DNA from: Balanoglossus misakiensis
Lineage: Eukaryota; Animalia; Hemichordata
Direction of reading: 5' to 3'
DNA length: 64,000 nucleotides
NCBI GenBank assembly: GCA_040954595.2
Contig: CM082576.2
Coordinates: 2,888,760 to 2,952,759, forward strand
In this document: positions 37,901 through 51,400 of the stretch, in pieces
Position numbering within the stretch: the stretch's first letter is position 1
Layout of the letters: the number at the start of each line of letters is the position of its first letter
Position numbers and translations under genes: made by a program
The notes under the pieces: model-generated
Told to the model about the DNA's origin: nothing
Databases searched by the model: none
The model's input: the letters and a program-made list of their open reading frames with translations, nothing else

Positions 37901-40900
37901 GGAGTCCCCTGTGAGAGCCAAAAATGTCAGTCTCAGCGAATTTGGAAATGTTCATTGATAGCACCCTTTAGAAGTAAGGACAAAATTTGACGTCTGTAGT
38001 CTGACGTGTGTGATCGTGCTATAGAATGGCGAGCTGACGCAAACGCTGGTGTTTATCTAGGTATGGATATTGTAGATCATCGGCAACTAACTTTAGGCAC
38101 CTTATTTATTGCATGGTGATAGTCATACTGTAAAGCAAACCGCATACATAAAATACAGTCGACGAATTCTGATATACCCATGTTGCTGAAACGTTCACCG
38201 CCGGTGTTTCTAACGACTTGAATTGGTGGGAGGGGCTGCATTGCAAAAATCTTAAGCCCCCCCCCCCCCCCCGGAAGTGGTTCAGGATGACCCTGTTGTA
38301 ATTTGCCACGTTTTTAATTTGTTTCTTGGGCCTGTTAATTAGCTTTCCCTGAAGAATAATGATTTGGTACCGTATTTGTGCTCATGTATCCATACACATT
38401 ATAAAAGGCCCACTATTTCAGTAATAACTCTCAGACTCATATACACGGATATGTCTGGCAAATAAAATGTCACAATGGCTACCTAGCAGCCTTATTGGGA
38501 TTTATTACAAAACGAATGTAACACACCTATATAAATCACAATTATTTATTCCTCTCCTTTGAGAGAAGTCAATTTTAAAGCGGATAAGACCAGTTTTCGG
38601 AAGCTGTGCGGTTTATTTGCTGAAGGGGAGATGTTTCAACTTAAATTAGACTGTTATCTCTGTTGACAAAATTGTGACAGGCACCAAAGACACGCTTTAT
38701 CATGCACTGACTGGGGTACATTCAAGAATAAATGGATATTGGAAATTCCTTTTTCTTTGCACCTCACGTAGTGCACACATATCTATCACTATTCTAAGAG
38801 TGTTTGCCACTTTATGCAGCCGGATAGGCATCTCGCAGATTCCTCGTCTCCCTCACGACAATAAACGTTTTTTTTCTGAGAGATGAATCGTATCTCATAA
38901 AGAAACACACACCACGCGCTGTTTTGATAGATGTTGTCAATAGATATCATAATATGTACCAATTATCCGAGTTTTCCATCTGATGTGCGGTCTGTAGTCG
39001 TGACATTTGTCGCGAACAAAACAGAAGCAACGTCCTTTTGTTGGAGTGAGTCCATGCGTAACCCCGGGGTCTGGCGTTTTTCAATTGATGAGAGATACCC
39101 AGGCCCTTTATCTCCAAGAATAACATTTCCACATTCTGTCCGTGACGAGTTCTTGCCAGACACTAACAAGGCTTGGGGGATAAAGAAGCAATTGTGATTT
39201 GGCTAATGATACCGAGTAACAAAATACCCAACTAAATAAATGCTCCCAGCTAATCATGCGTTTCTCTGACTTCAATTACAACATCCATACTTGGTAATGA
39301 ATACTATAATGTTGCTCTTGGACCAGTGTATTTTTTCCTTTTCGTAATCTGCGGTGAGAACCTGTCAGTGAGTGTCTCGCGTAAAGACGAGCATTCTCAT
39401 CCGCGTGTGTTATCACCCAGAAGTATTTTCTGCTTGCAGTTTCTAACATTGGAAAAGATATACGAATTAGAGATGTTTAAATTATCATGATGAGTTCAGG
39501 ACAAGTAAAAATGTATGTTTTGCACCGCATTATTACATGTAGCACTCGTTACGATCGTGTTATTTTTAAAGAGAAAAGCAATTTCGGCTTATTATCAAGT
39601 CTAAAGACGATGCCTGTGGTAAAATTTGCAGCTATGTGGGCGAACGGAATGACTTCATTACAAGGTGACCCTCGGCATCGAAACTAAGTTGTAGAAGTAA
39701 ACAAATGAAAATTTAATCATCAAGGACTAAAACGGAGTGACAGGTAAATGGCAAGTTCATAACACTTGTATTCTTGTCGGGTCAACGTTTTTGCCATTTC
39801 ATGGCAAGTGTTCACACAAGTGGCAAGAGACCTATAAAATTGATCAAAACTATTATTTCTAAACTTGGCCGAAATGTCAAATCGTGTTGGACGATGGCGA
39901 GGGAACAACAACAGCACAAAAATCTCTCAGAGTCATTCACTTGTCAGTCGTATATTGTTCAATACCCAGCGTCGGATCAATACGTCGAAGTGAGCCAGGC
40001 CTCCCCCGTGTTTATACAATTTGCCAATCTATAGGCGACGTGGTTCCCCGTGGACCTATGCCTCAATACACACGTGTAAAGCAAAATTGCCCGAAGCAAT
40101 ATGATGATATTAGCAACGAACATCTTAGGTAAGAGAAATAACAGCGCGGTCTCGAAGGGACTGCAGGGAAGTTGTCGACGAGCTGTTTAGCACATATTAT
40201 ACGCCTCGCGTTCACGTTGTGCAGTTACTTAAAGGTTTTTAAGTGAAGTCAAAATCCGATATATACAATGACAATGTCAATATGATTTTGAAGTTGACGT
40301 TTCGCAGTTCAATAAAAGGTACTTCCATCACGGCACCCCCCTCTCGGGTGCCAATAAAATTATTTTAGCAATTACGTCAGCATTTTTCGCCTAATCAAGT
40401 CGACAGAAAAATTAAAACGCCGATCAATATTTCGATCGAAAGCAGTTTTACCAGAAATCTGGAGTAAGTGTGATTTGGGGTAAATCATGGGGCCATTAAG
40501 AGGTTCAATATTATTGATCGAGAGAAATTCCTGTGATTTTTTTTGACTGCCTAGAGCACAACACAGCCATGAACGTGGTTACAGAGACGGGAGGCTCTAT
40601 AAGATAACACCCGCGATTGGTGTTATTATACTATGCTCGAGTTTAATGGCAGATTAAAAAAGCGGGTTATTTGGACGTACATTTAAGGTGGGGTCAATAT
40701 GTTAAATATGTAAAACATCTAAATCAAGCGTTACATTTGTCGAGCTGGGTATAGGTTGACGCTTCACGGGTCATTAGCGGTAGATGAGGTATTCTTTCAG
40801 TTTGAGCTCCGGGGTAGCTGCATGCCCACAGTAGCGAAGGCGACATGGTAACCACGTGACGGGTGTCGCCAGTGTGTCGCTCGAACGCCAGTCAGAGGTA

Positions 40901-42017
40901 CCACGTCTGATGTGCTCTTTCCAACGAGATCAATTGTGCCACCAGAGAAACTTTAACCCCACGACGTTCTTGTATCTCACGCAAGTAGCACAACTGTTTT
41001 TTTTTTTTTTTTGGAAAATGTAACCGTCGGCAAGAGGCAAGACTCCAATCCCGATTCCTTCTCCCGCCTTAAGTATGTTTAACAATCAAAACACAAAACC
41101 AAATATTAAGTTCGGTTATTTTTAACCAGGTATACGTATAATCAAAAAAAGGGCAGCGACTAGAAAATCTTGATGTGCATTTTTGTCACGTGTCGTTGGA
41201 ATAGGCCAATTACCTCAGCTGAAAGCGAAAAACCGTATGGTTGCTGTACGGCAACAAATTGATTGTCGTTGTTCGGTGACGAATGGAAAGTTGACGGAAA
41301 ACAATCAATATGGCGATAACGCAATATTAATAAATATGAAAGGTATCGCCCCTTCCCACGCTAAAAAAATAATTAGAAGCGATGAACACGAACAACCTAT
41401 GGCGTCCTACCTGGTCAGTACAAACTTGATTTTACCTCAATTGACGAGCGGCGGTTTCATACTCTCGTGTGACGTTGAAGTTCGCGTTTGTGGTTGGTTG
41501 CACATTTTTGAACGGTAAGAATTAGAGGCGGCTGTAGATATAGTATTGATTAGATATTGCTAGCGAAGAACCGCGACCAGTGCGGCAGCCATCAACTGTC
41601 TCCAGCCTTGTTATCTGCAGAAGATACGGCGGAAGGAACTGATTGTATCATGGTAATGGCCGAAGGCGATAGACGATCCGATAAAAGAGTAAGCATCTCA
41701 TGGAAACCACGCTACAATGTTCGCATTCTCTTATCAGTCCAACAGAACGCGTCCGTTAGGATTTTTTAAAAATTTATATATGTAGACGCGTCGACTGGGC
41801 GAAACTATTTCTACTTTGTTGTGGGGGTGCTCGGGCCACTCTTACCAATGACCTATTCTTCGATGTGAACGCACACATACTTATTGGCCGCTTGAAGTGC
41901 GAGCTTTCTAAATAATATGTGCAGCAATAAAATCTTAATCAAATTTATAACTCAGGATTTTCAGGAGGAAAACAAGTAGAAACGTGCCGGAGCAGGGTCT
42001 GTAGAAGGCAGCCACTC

Positions 42018-42031
42018 GTTTCCATGGCAAC
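42018..42031. promoter_or_regulatory. RFX X-box
   Basis: GTTTCCATGGCAAC matches GTTNCCATGGNAAC. Confidence 0.55.
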
Positions 42032-42429
42032 AAGAGTAGGTGACACTTTTCCTTGCTCCAATGGCAATAAAATACAACCGCGTTGCGTTTAAACACTGAG
42101 TAGCTGGTTTGCAAAGAACGAAAGCGAGCTGCGCTAATTTGGTTCCAGATAGCATATACATATTTCAAGCAGGTGACAGGTACATGGGAGACTTCATGTT
42201 TTCCCGCAAAACAATTCATGGTCTTTGTTTACTAACGATATAATGTTTCTCGCATATGCCGATCACAGCTTTGCATGCACTGCGGTTGTTCATTTCGGTT
42301 GTCCTGGCGTACAATTCTAACCTGATCATACAATGTATGTTTTATTAATTCACACTTTCACTGAATGTATTGGTTATGTGTGAAAAGAAAGAGGGAAAAT
42401 CGGCATTGATACAAAAAACGCAATGTTAC

Positions 42430-42445
42430 AGAGAGAGAGAGAGAG
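42430..42445 (+). repeat. (AG)8 microsatellite
   Basis: agagagagagagagag. Confidence 0.85.
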
Positions 42446-43556
42446 CGACAACGAGAAACGCACGGTTCGACCGTCACCAGTGTGCTTCCCAACCTTGATT
42501 AAATAACTCGGAGAATGAAATATCGATTGTGCTAAATTGCTCCATATAGCGTCTACACTGCTGGTTTCTTTTAACTCCGCGGTCGACTTGCGCGCACAGC
42601 GAGCTCTTTACAATTTCTGTGTCACTGTCAAACTGTAAATAATTCTTGTCGACTGTACGCTCGACAACGTTGCTCTTCCGGAACTATGTACAGCGTCATT
42701 ATTCATCCGACAGACCTATGCAGTAAATCAGTGAGATTTTAGAGCAGAAGATGCTGCCAGTGGGTGCGTGGAAAGGTCTTTTGATAAAACAAAAAACACT
42801 GATATAAAACTGACTAATTGAAGCTAACAATCAAACGAGCATATCAGTAACGTCAGCGAGTAATATAAAAAACGTGTTTATATGATGAATTTATATCATG
42901 GCACTACTAAAATAATTTCATAGTCAATCATACGTTACAAAATGTCGCCACTCGGTCTGTCTTGTGTCTGAAAAGAAGGTCTCGGAGTAACTAAAAAGCC
43001 AATCCACAGAGAAATCTCTTCTGCCTGAAGGAGGCCTGTTTGCCCTTCACGCCAGATGAAATACTGCAAATACCATTTTCACCCTTAATCAAATTTGTAG
43101 AACCTCGCGTTTGTTCATCAAACCCATTCATTATTTACATATCGGTAGTTATGCAACACTTTTCTCTCTCCACAAAAAAAGAGCGTCGTTTCACGGCACT
43201 TGGATGAACCTAATCAAGCCTGTGTGATGGCAGTATGCCGTTTGTGGCCGGGTCGGTTTGGCAGAAGTGTTTGACCGAGAGAATATGCATTACAAAGGCG
43301 AAGAAACGCGGCCACTTCATCGAGACGCACGTTTAGCGAGGTATAGACAGGTGTCGGTGGGAATAGAAATCCCGGCCTGACATTAATGGAGTCAAGAATC
43401 AATACTGGACAAGGAAATGCCCGGGAAAGGGGATATCGGGTGTCGGGGTTTCCGATCCCCGTCCACTCCAGGACTACATTAAACCTACTCGTGTTCATGT
43501 TCCTTTAACCAATTGCTACGTTTGATTAGCGACAATTCAATCGGAATCAACATTGA

Positions 43557-43587
43557 AGAGAGAGAGAGAGAGAGAGGGTGTGTGTGT
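43557..43587 (+). repeat. (AG)10 + (GT)n microsatellite
   Basis: agagagagagagagagagagggtgtgtgtgt. Confidence 0.85.
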
Positions 43588-46500
43588 AGTTTTCCTTCGG
43601 CCTCCTCTATGTGGCTCACGTCATGAAATTTGCATCTTATATCATTTGTTATTCCCGCTGCTTCTATGGATGCAGCCAATGCCACAAAACATTTTCAAAC
43701 AGGGTACGGTCGAATATACTTATCCACATTGCCATAAACGCTTCCAAAATAATCTGGAATGTTTGGAAACATCGATCGTTTAGTCCGTATTATGCACACC
43801 GTTGTTATCGGCCGTACGGAAAAGGAAAAAAAATACGACAATGCCAAATTTCAATCCAAACACTGCGGCGTCTTGATTGGCTGTGCGGGATATCACTGCA
43901 TTGTTGTTTTGTCACCTGGGTACCGAAGACGATGCAATAATGCAACACGAGGTGATAAGTAAATGGAAAGTGTCGAACGCTTGAACAATGCTATTGTTTT
44001 CATACATGAATAGAGAATGGCATGGTGAGAACAAACGGCAGCTGTTAGTGGGTGTTGAATGACGCAATGCTCTCTACACTTTGCCAACATCCGTGTCCAA
44101 ACCTATCAAATTTCACTTCTTAATTGTAAGGTATAAATGGTTATGTTTGCCAGTGGTTGGCACCTTTTATGAAGATTAAGAGTCACGCCTATTCTTCGCA
44201 ACTAATTGGAGTGGATAGTTCCACATTCAGCCAACTATATTGAATCATATGCAGTAAAATCGTTTTGCCTCTGCAGCATGTGCTCGACCGACTCGATGTA
44301 CATGTATACTTTTCCAGTTGAACGACAAGGTTACTTTTTTGAGTGTGTGTGGACCCCAGGTACTACCCAATGTTTTTTCTGATTTTACAGCTTGTCATCT
44401 TCACAATTTAATTTAATTGAATTACATTTAAATAAATTAAATTAAATTGAATTTAATTTTAACTTACTTATAGTTTATTTAATCGATCGATCTTCGCGCG
44501 TGCAAACAGGTTGCCAATGTTAGTAACTGGTACTTTAGAGTTGCTGACTAAAGCAGGTTCTCCGCGGATTATGACTTTTGTATGCCGTGGCAATATCATC
44601 GCGCAAGATGGATATTTTGAGAGAACGATTTCCCTACTTATGCATTCCGCGGAGTCCAGCTGAGAGCAATCATATCCATAGGGTCTTAAGGTTATTGTTA
44701 TTGCTGGCGTGGAATTTTTATCGATCGCATTAGGCCAACCTTCGCTGGACATTATGAGACGCTACGATCAGCAATAACGGGGTATCTGATCTGATCATCT
44801 ACCTCTCTCGTTCTGGATGCACTCAGTCTTAACAACCCACAATAGCCGTGGCATTTAGTCGCGGCTGATAGGACCGTTACACTTTGGTTTTGAAAGACTT
44901 ACAAGCAATCAAAAACCGCTTTCGTAGTCGATGGCCAGACATTGACATTTTGCTTTCCAGACCAAGAGAAGAATATTGCCAATTTACAAAACAAATAGAA
45001 CTTTGAGATAAGGAATCAGGGCTGCTATGAGACTTTGATATTCTTATTTTACCAGGAGACAGGCTCTACGCGATGCCAATATTTGCATATGTGAACATTG
45101 TTTTCGTGGGCACGCGGCGCTCTCTATTTGACAGCAGTTCCCATGCTGATCACATGACTGGCCCAATGGTTCAAACCGCTCCAGGTTTTGGGCCTATGTT
45201 GCCTAACTTCACCATGAGCAATGGAACACAGTGCACATGGAAGTACACCAACCCAGCTGCTCAACCCTCATTAGGGGAAAACCCGTGCCACAACAGATCA
45301 AATCACTACAAATAGCCGCAGCCTCGTTAAAACCTGCCCGACGTTTTACTTCGATGAAGCCATTTCAAATTGCGTGCACAATTGCTTAGCACTTTGCTTC
45401 CACCGGGGTTACGGCCGTTCCATGACATTTGCTTGCAGGAAAGAGCTGTTGTTCACCGCATGTTAGCTCGTTATTAGCAGACGCCGTTTACGGGGAACTT
45501 TCATCCTATCCTTTGGTTAAAGAAAACATTAAAAGGCAGATTTAATGGCAATCTTCTTACCCTCTTCAAATTATTGCCATGGTGACCGACTCGCAGGCTA
45601 GATCAGGCTTTTGGAAACTGAGAGGCTTAGACGGACTGTAAAATGAAGTTAACTACACGTGATTGTAAAAGCCCCTACAAACTTGCAGGTTTCCGGAACA
45701 CGGGCACATGCGTCGCATGGGAGTTTGGCTTTGATTCGCTGTACACAATGTGCCAAGCATTCTCTCGACAGTAGCGTGCAATTAAAACTCTCTCAGGGCG
45801 CCAACCAAATCATATGATGTTTATGTAAGCTGATGGACGCTAAGTGTATCTTGTTTATTGAGTAAATCAAACATCTCTCTGTGCAGGAGATGACTAATTT
45901 ATGCACTAGAAATTTAAAGCAAAGTTGACAGGCACTATTGACTTATTTTTTTTTTAACTAGATGACAGTGGCGAAGCGTACGCATACCTTGGTGAACTTT
46001 TACGTCCCCCAATAGGCGGAGTATTTGCATTGACGCTTCCATACATAAGGTGTTAAATTCACGAGGCCACTTGCAGGTACTTTGTACTTTTATTCAGCTA
46101 CACAGTAGGGATTATGAGTCGGACCGCGGCTGATAGATCCGATAGATCAATATCAGAAACTACAGTCAGCGCTACGATTTAAGTTGCAAAAGATATCAAT
46201 GTAAGGTCATATATACTCCTGTACCTCTGTAAAGCTACACCGTCCCCTGGGTTGCATCGAATAAAAAGAAACACGCGAAAGGATGGTTAACGGGCAAGCT
46301 GTTGCTCAAGGGGTTCTCTGTGGGTGTACGCATTAGACACGCGATCACCGCGAGTGAAAAAACAACTATTGAAGTGTTTCCGGTGTATGGGATCAACTAA
46401 GGGATTTCGTAGCGAAGTGATTAATTGCGCGAGTGGATTTTATGAAAACCACACATTTGTATTCCTCGGTAAGCGGAAATATTAATATGTCGCAATGAAG

Positions 46501-48377
46501 GAGGTCGTCTAACGATGCAATATCCGTTAATATTGTGGAAATTACTAGTGAAATATTTACAGTGAAATTGTCAAAACTGCAGTGTTGATGCATATATTAA
46601 TTAAGTTGTTTTGGAAAGCATCGACTTTGAACAGTGACATATTTGAAGATTTTACATAAATGAGTGTGGCTACGCCCGCATTGGTAACATTTACCAAACG
46701 ATTAGCTTACATTCATGCTAGCTCTGAACACAATGAAACTATCGATTTCCGATAAGAAAGAGTATATTATTACGATAGCTGTAAACTTGATACTGGTGGA
46801 GACGAATATATGAAGCAATAGCGACTATTGACAACAGTTTACATCACCGTCTTCATAACAGACGAACAATAGTAATGACGTGCTTTCTCTTACACATTCC
46901 GTTGTGTGCGCGCACTGTAAACCTTTGTGCAATGACGTAAACGTTATTGCCGTATAAGCAAGCGATACCCAGAGGAAAAAGAACCGCGGTAAACACATGT
47001 TTGTATGCCACACGGCGAATTCTGAAGTTGGCCCCAGCTCTAACTGCATGGCCTGTCCGTATTTGGACATTTTACTCGAATCGCTATTCACAGCCTGTGA
47101 GAAGAAGATTCGACACGACTGGCGGCGAAATAGAATAACTCCCAAGGGTCGATCCATTGCACTTTTCTGCCAGAGAAGTAATGTGCAAACTCAAGTCTTT
47201 CGTTCGAATTTACTTCACATCGTCGGAAGGGAAGTTTTCACTCTGATGCACTCTGATGCAGTTGGGTTCATGCTGCATGTATATATCTTTCATTTTTCCG
47301 ATTCTACGCTTTATTGTTCATCATTCTGTCAGTTGTGGCTCTTCATGTAAACAACGCATCATTCACGGCTGGACTCTTTGAATACTATTTTATATTGGGT
47401 TAATATTACACACTGGGTTAATTATAAAACATTGGGGTGATAGAAGGGGCAAACGATCGAATGGGATACTTAATATGATTCGGCAACCTGTTTTCAAAGA
47501 AAGCTGCAGATTGCAGAAGGTACACGTAATTGAATCCGTAACTACGTACTGGCATGAGGCATTTCTTCGGGTACCCAGAGTGCTGGCCTAGCAACCTATC
47601 AGAATGATACCATATCCAAACGAATATCGCCGCATGTGCACATAGGTATAAGTGTCGCCTTTCATCTAGACGTGAGGTTTAGAAAAGAACCTAACACACG
47701 CGCATCAACATTTGCAGCGAACGTGTTCAAGATATCATGTTTGTACATATTGAATCTACCACACACTCAGCTGTTACTTCTGTAGTAGTGTGAAACAAAA
47801 TGCGATCGTGTCAATCTACAGCAAGATTACATCAATAGTGGCAAGAATTATCGATGCCCGTGTACATATTAGTTTTCACGCTGCATGGCACGTTCCTACA
47901 CCAACCGCGTCCGATCCAACCGTTGTTCACAAAAATCACCATTTTTGGAATCTTGACGGGTTTTTTTCATTACATGGATATCCATGAATCACACAAGAGC
48001 CCTACCCAAGTGGCGGAGTATAGGCACAGATATTTGTCACCGGGTGACGAAATGGTGAAACGGAAGGTGGTAACTAGGCAATGTATACATTTGGCATTTC
48101 TCCAATGTTTGGTTGAACACTTGTAGCTAGGCAATGTGAGCCCTATTTAATCACCCGTTTCTGTTCGCTAACCTGAATACCACGCGGGATGATTGCATCA
48201 TACGACACATAAATGCTTAATAAAACTCAACTGTTGAAGTTTCCTGCCAATATCTTTATTGTTTATAACCCAACCTATTATCTTATTATGTACATGTATA
48301 TCTTGTAGGGTATTTCAGTTTCATTGCCGAATCAAGTTGCGATTGGCTCGCTCAATGAATAATCACACTAAAATCTC

Positions 48378-48428
48378 TTATTATTGTTATTGTTATTGTT
48401 GTTGTTGTTGTTGTAGTGGTGGTGGTTG
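48378..48428 (+). repeat. Compound trinucleotide repeat (TTA/TTG/TGG)
   Basis: ttattattgttattgttattgttgttgttgttgttgtagtggtggtggttg. Confidence 0.85.
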
Positions 48429-51400
48429 TGAGGGTTTTCAAGGCAAACTCATCATCGCAACAAATATTTCAAAGCAAATTCTTTGCATACAGCACACTCC
48501 GCATAATCCGGCAACTTTTAATAAAACCCTGAAAAATACCTAAAATTATTGCTTCTAGGGTATGAGGTAGACTGCCTATAGACCATCCAAATCAATAAGT
48601 GTTGTCTGGGAAAAACAGCCTACACAATAAATTGAATGCATTTATTATCAGGACTGTGATTGATGTTTGTATCATAACCTTTTTATATCACCGTCCCCGA
48701 GTTCAGTGACTTGGTAATAGCATAGCTTCAAGGACTCCCCGGCGGAAGACAATAAAGGCCGATGTCATCACCCGCTATTTCCCAGAAACAATCGATGTTA
48801 AATATAGCTGGATCATCAGGAAATGTGCTATGATATGGACGCTTTGAAGTCGCTGACTTCATATAACTTTCGATTGACAATCTATGATAACCGTTACATG
48901 AAACGATCCGAACAAAAAAGCGAGGATTACTGTTTGCCATCTCTCCGCACATGCGCGTTAAACCGACATTGGGAACGTCGACGATGGTTCTGACTCACAA
49001 TGTGTTCGGGATGGCGAAAATGAAATGCCCTATCCCGTAAAAATAAATCAACACCTTTTACAATAGACATGACGACATGAAAATATTCTCCTTTATACCT
49101 GAATGTCTTTCGCTCGCCTTATAAATCACAAAAAAACTATGTGCCCCCAATATTATCCGAGACACGCGCGTTGCAATAAGAGCTATATACCCTTTTAGGA
49201 AGCACTTTCACAGAATGGACTGAAATAGTTCGCCAACCATAGCAACGAAAGTCGACAGTGGCACACTGAATGTGCTTACAGCTCAATTTCAGAAGTACGC
49301 TAACCTGTTACCCGCAGAAAACACTTGTGTCAAAATATAAGTGAGTACATGATCTCTGATAAGGTGAGTCAAGGACGCTGTTTCTATGATCAGGTGGAAT
49401 CTACTCTGTGCCAAATGAAACAGAGGAAATTGCAGTGGAAATGACACAAATGGAATTTCACAAATCAATTACCTTCGCGATGCTGGCGATCGATGATTTC
49501 GCTCTTCGGTCCAAATGTTGCAAATACGCTAATTAAGCCACTGGGGAGACATTGCAGCCATCATCAGCAATGGATCTACACTACGGAACGTGTCTCTCTC
49601 TGTTTCTGTAACGAAACAAAACATGCAGTAAATGTTAGATTTTTACGATTTAAGGGCGGGTGATCTAGTTTAACCTAATTTATACCCATTTCCGCATAAT
49701 ATCCTTTTCACAATGTACCTAAGTATAAGTTGTGGGGACAGTTGGTGATTTCCTGAGTATTCAAGACGTGGATGCAAGGTTGAAATCCGACTACGAGCTA
49801 CAAATCAAACGGTTGGGTTCATGAATCATAGTGTTCGGATTAATGGATGGACGAATAGATGTACCATCAGCCATGATGTCGACAATTCCTTCTGGATCTA
49901 GTCTGCTAGATAGCGAATTTCCCCCGGTGTAATAGACAGGCGATGTGTTCATCACAGTTTTTTTTCACTTAACCCAGGTGTGAAACTATTGTAACCATTC
50001 ACAGGACTTCCATGACCCGTTACTGAACAAGATAACATAAGCATCCTGACAGGCGTTACAAAAGGGTCAGCTAATAGCTCGAAATAAATGACACATTATG
50101 TCATCCGTTTTGAAATATCCGCGACGTATTGCAAACACGAGGTTTGAAGTGTCATTCGGCAGGCTTGTCTAGATTTTAATTCATATTGATAAAAGGGATC
50201 AGGAGATATATCTGTAACTCTTGATACCTCATTTCGGACTGTGTGTCCCGACGTAATGCCATAACCTAGCAACTAAAGTATGGTGAAATTCTAAGAACTC
50301 AGACATACCATATGTTATGTTACACAGAATAAAAACATGTCTATTGTACGTGCTTCAATTGCCAGAAGAAAACAACATCGAAACACACTTCATGTCGGGG
50401 AACAGTTTATTCATAATTTAACGTTAAAGCATGATGTCGGTCTAATGGTAGTTGAACACAAGAAATACGGTCAAATAGGCGCGAAACACCACCTACATCT
50501 CTGATCAAATCAACAAATGCGGGCTGAATGCACTACTGTCACCATTTTTTACTTTTTGTCAAGTTCATTTTGCTCTGTTTTTATTTCTGTCATCACATGA
50601 TTCAGTTTTGTATCCTTAAAGGCCACAGGTGTTATTTGAATTCAGATGTGATGTGTTTTGACAATATTCATACATATTACATGCCCTTTGCTTTGCTTAC
50701 TGCCAACTGCCACTTGGCTCGGCAAACTCAGCTAGTGTATTATAACCAAAAATATTAGATTACTGCAGGTCTTCATGCACTCGGAGAAAACACGTCAGGA
50801 CTTATATAATTACCGTCCCTTTCAATCGTCCGACGGGAACGCGAGCGCCTGTCATTCTATCAGAAAGTTGGTTTAGAAGTTGAGACCATGGCACTGGGAA
50901 AAGACATTCCCTCATTTTCTAGAGGAGACTTCATTTGACACACCTGCGACCCATATAAACAAATTATTTACTTGTACAAAGGCATTAGTTGGACTATGTT
51001 AGCTTCATTTGACATGAATCGTTATATCTCTACTCCCCATGCACAGTCGGTGAATATGACACGTACTTTTATGTGTGATGACAACCAGATAATTTATTGC
51101 ACATGCCCGAAATTACGTCGTCACGTTCTTTCAAATTGTGCATTTATGATACACACCAGAATTTGTGTCATCAGCATATTTGCCTATTTTGCCTATTTAT
51201 GCTTATAAGATGCATGGGTATTGAGTAGATCAGCGGCGAGCCGGTTGCTCAAAATGTTTCTACAAATATAATTTTCCCAACTCGACGACGACGGGTAAAA
51301 GCAAATGACAGGCGTTTACGTTGTCGTCATTCCACTTGAAAAAACGTGACCCGTTCAGATTGCATCACTTCGAATTAAAGACAAGTGTATGTGCCCGGGC

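Noticed and set aside
40332-40358. GGCACCC/GGGTGCC hairpin followed by AATAAA
   Set aside because: Isolated 7-bp stem with no associated gene or Helitron-type terminus.
44404-44449. 15-bp perfect inverted repeat caatttaatttaatt/aattaaattaaattg
   Set aside because: Lies in low-complexity AT pentamer sequence where such symmetry is expected.
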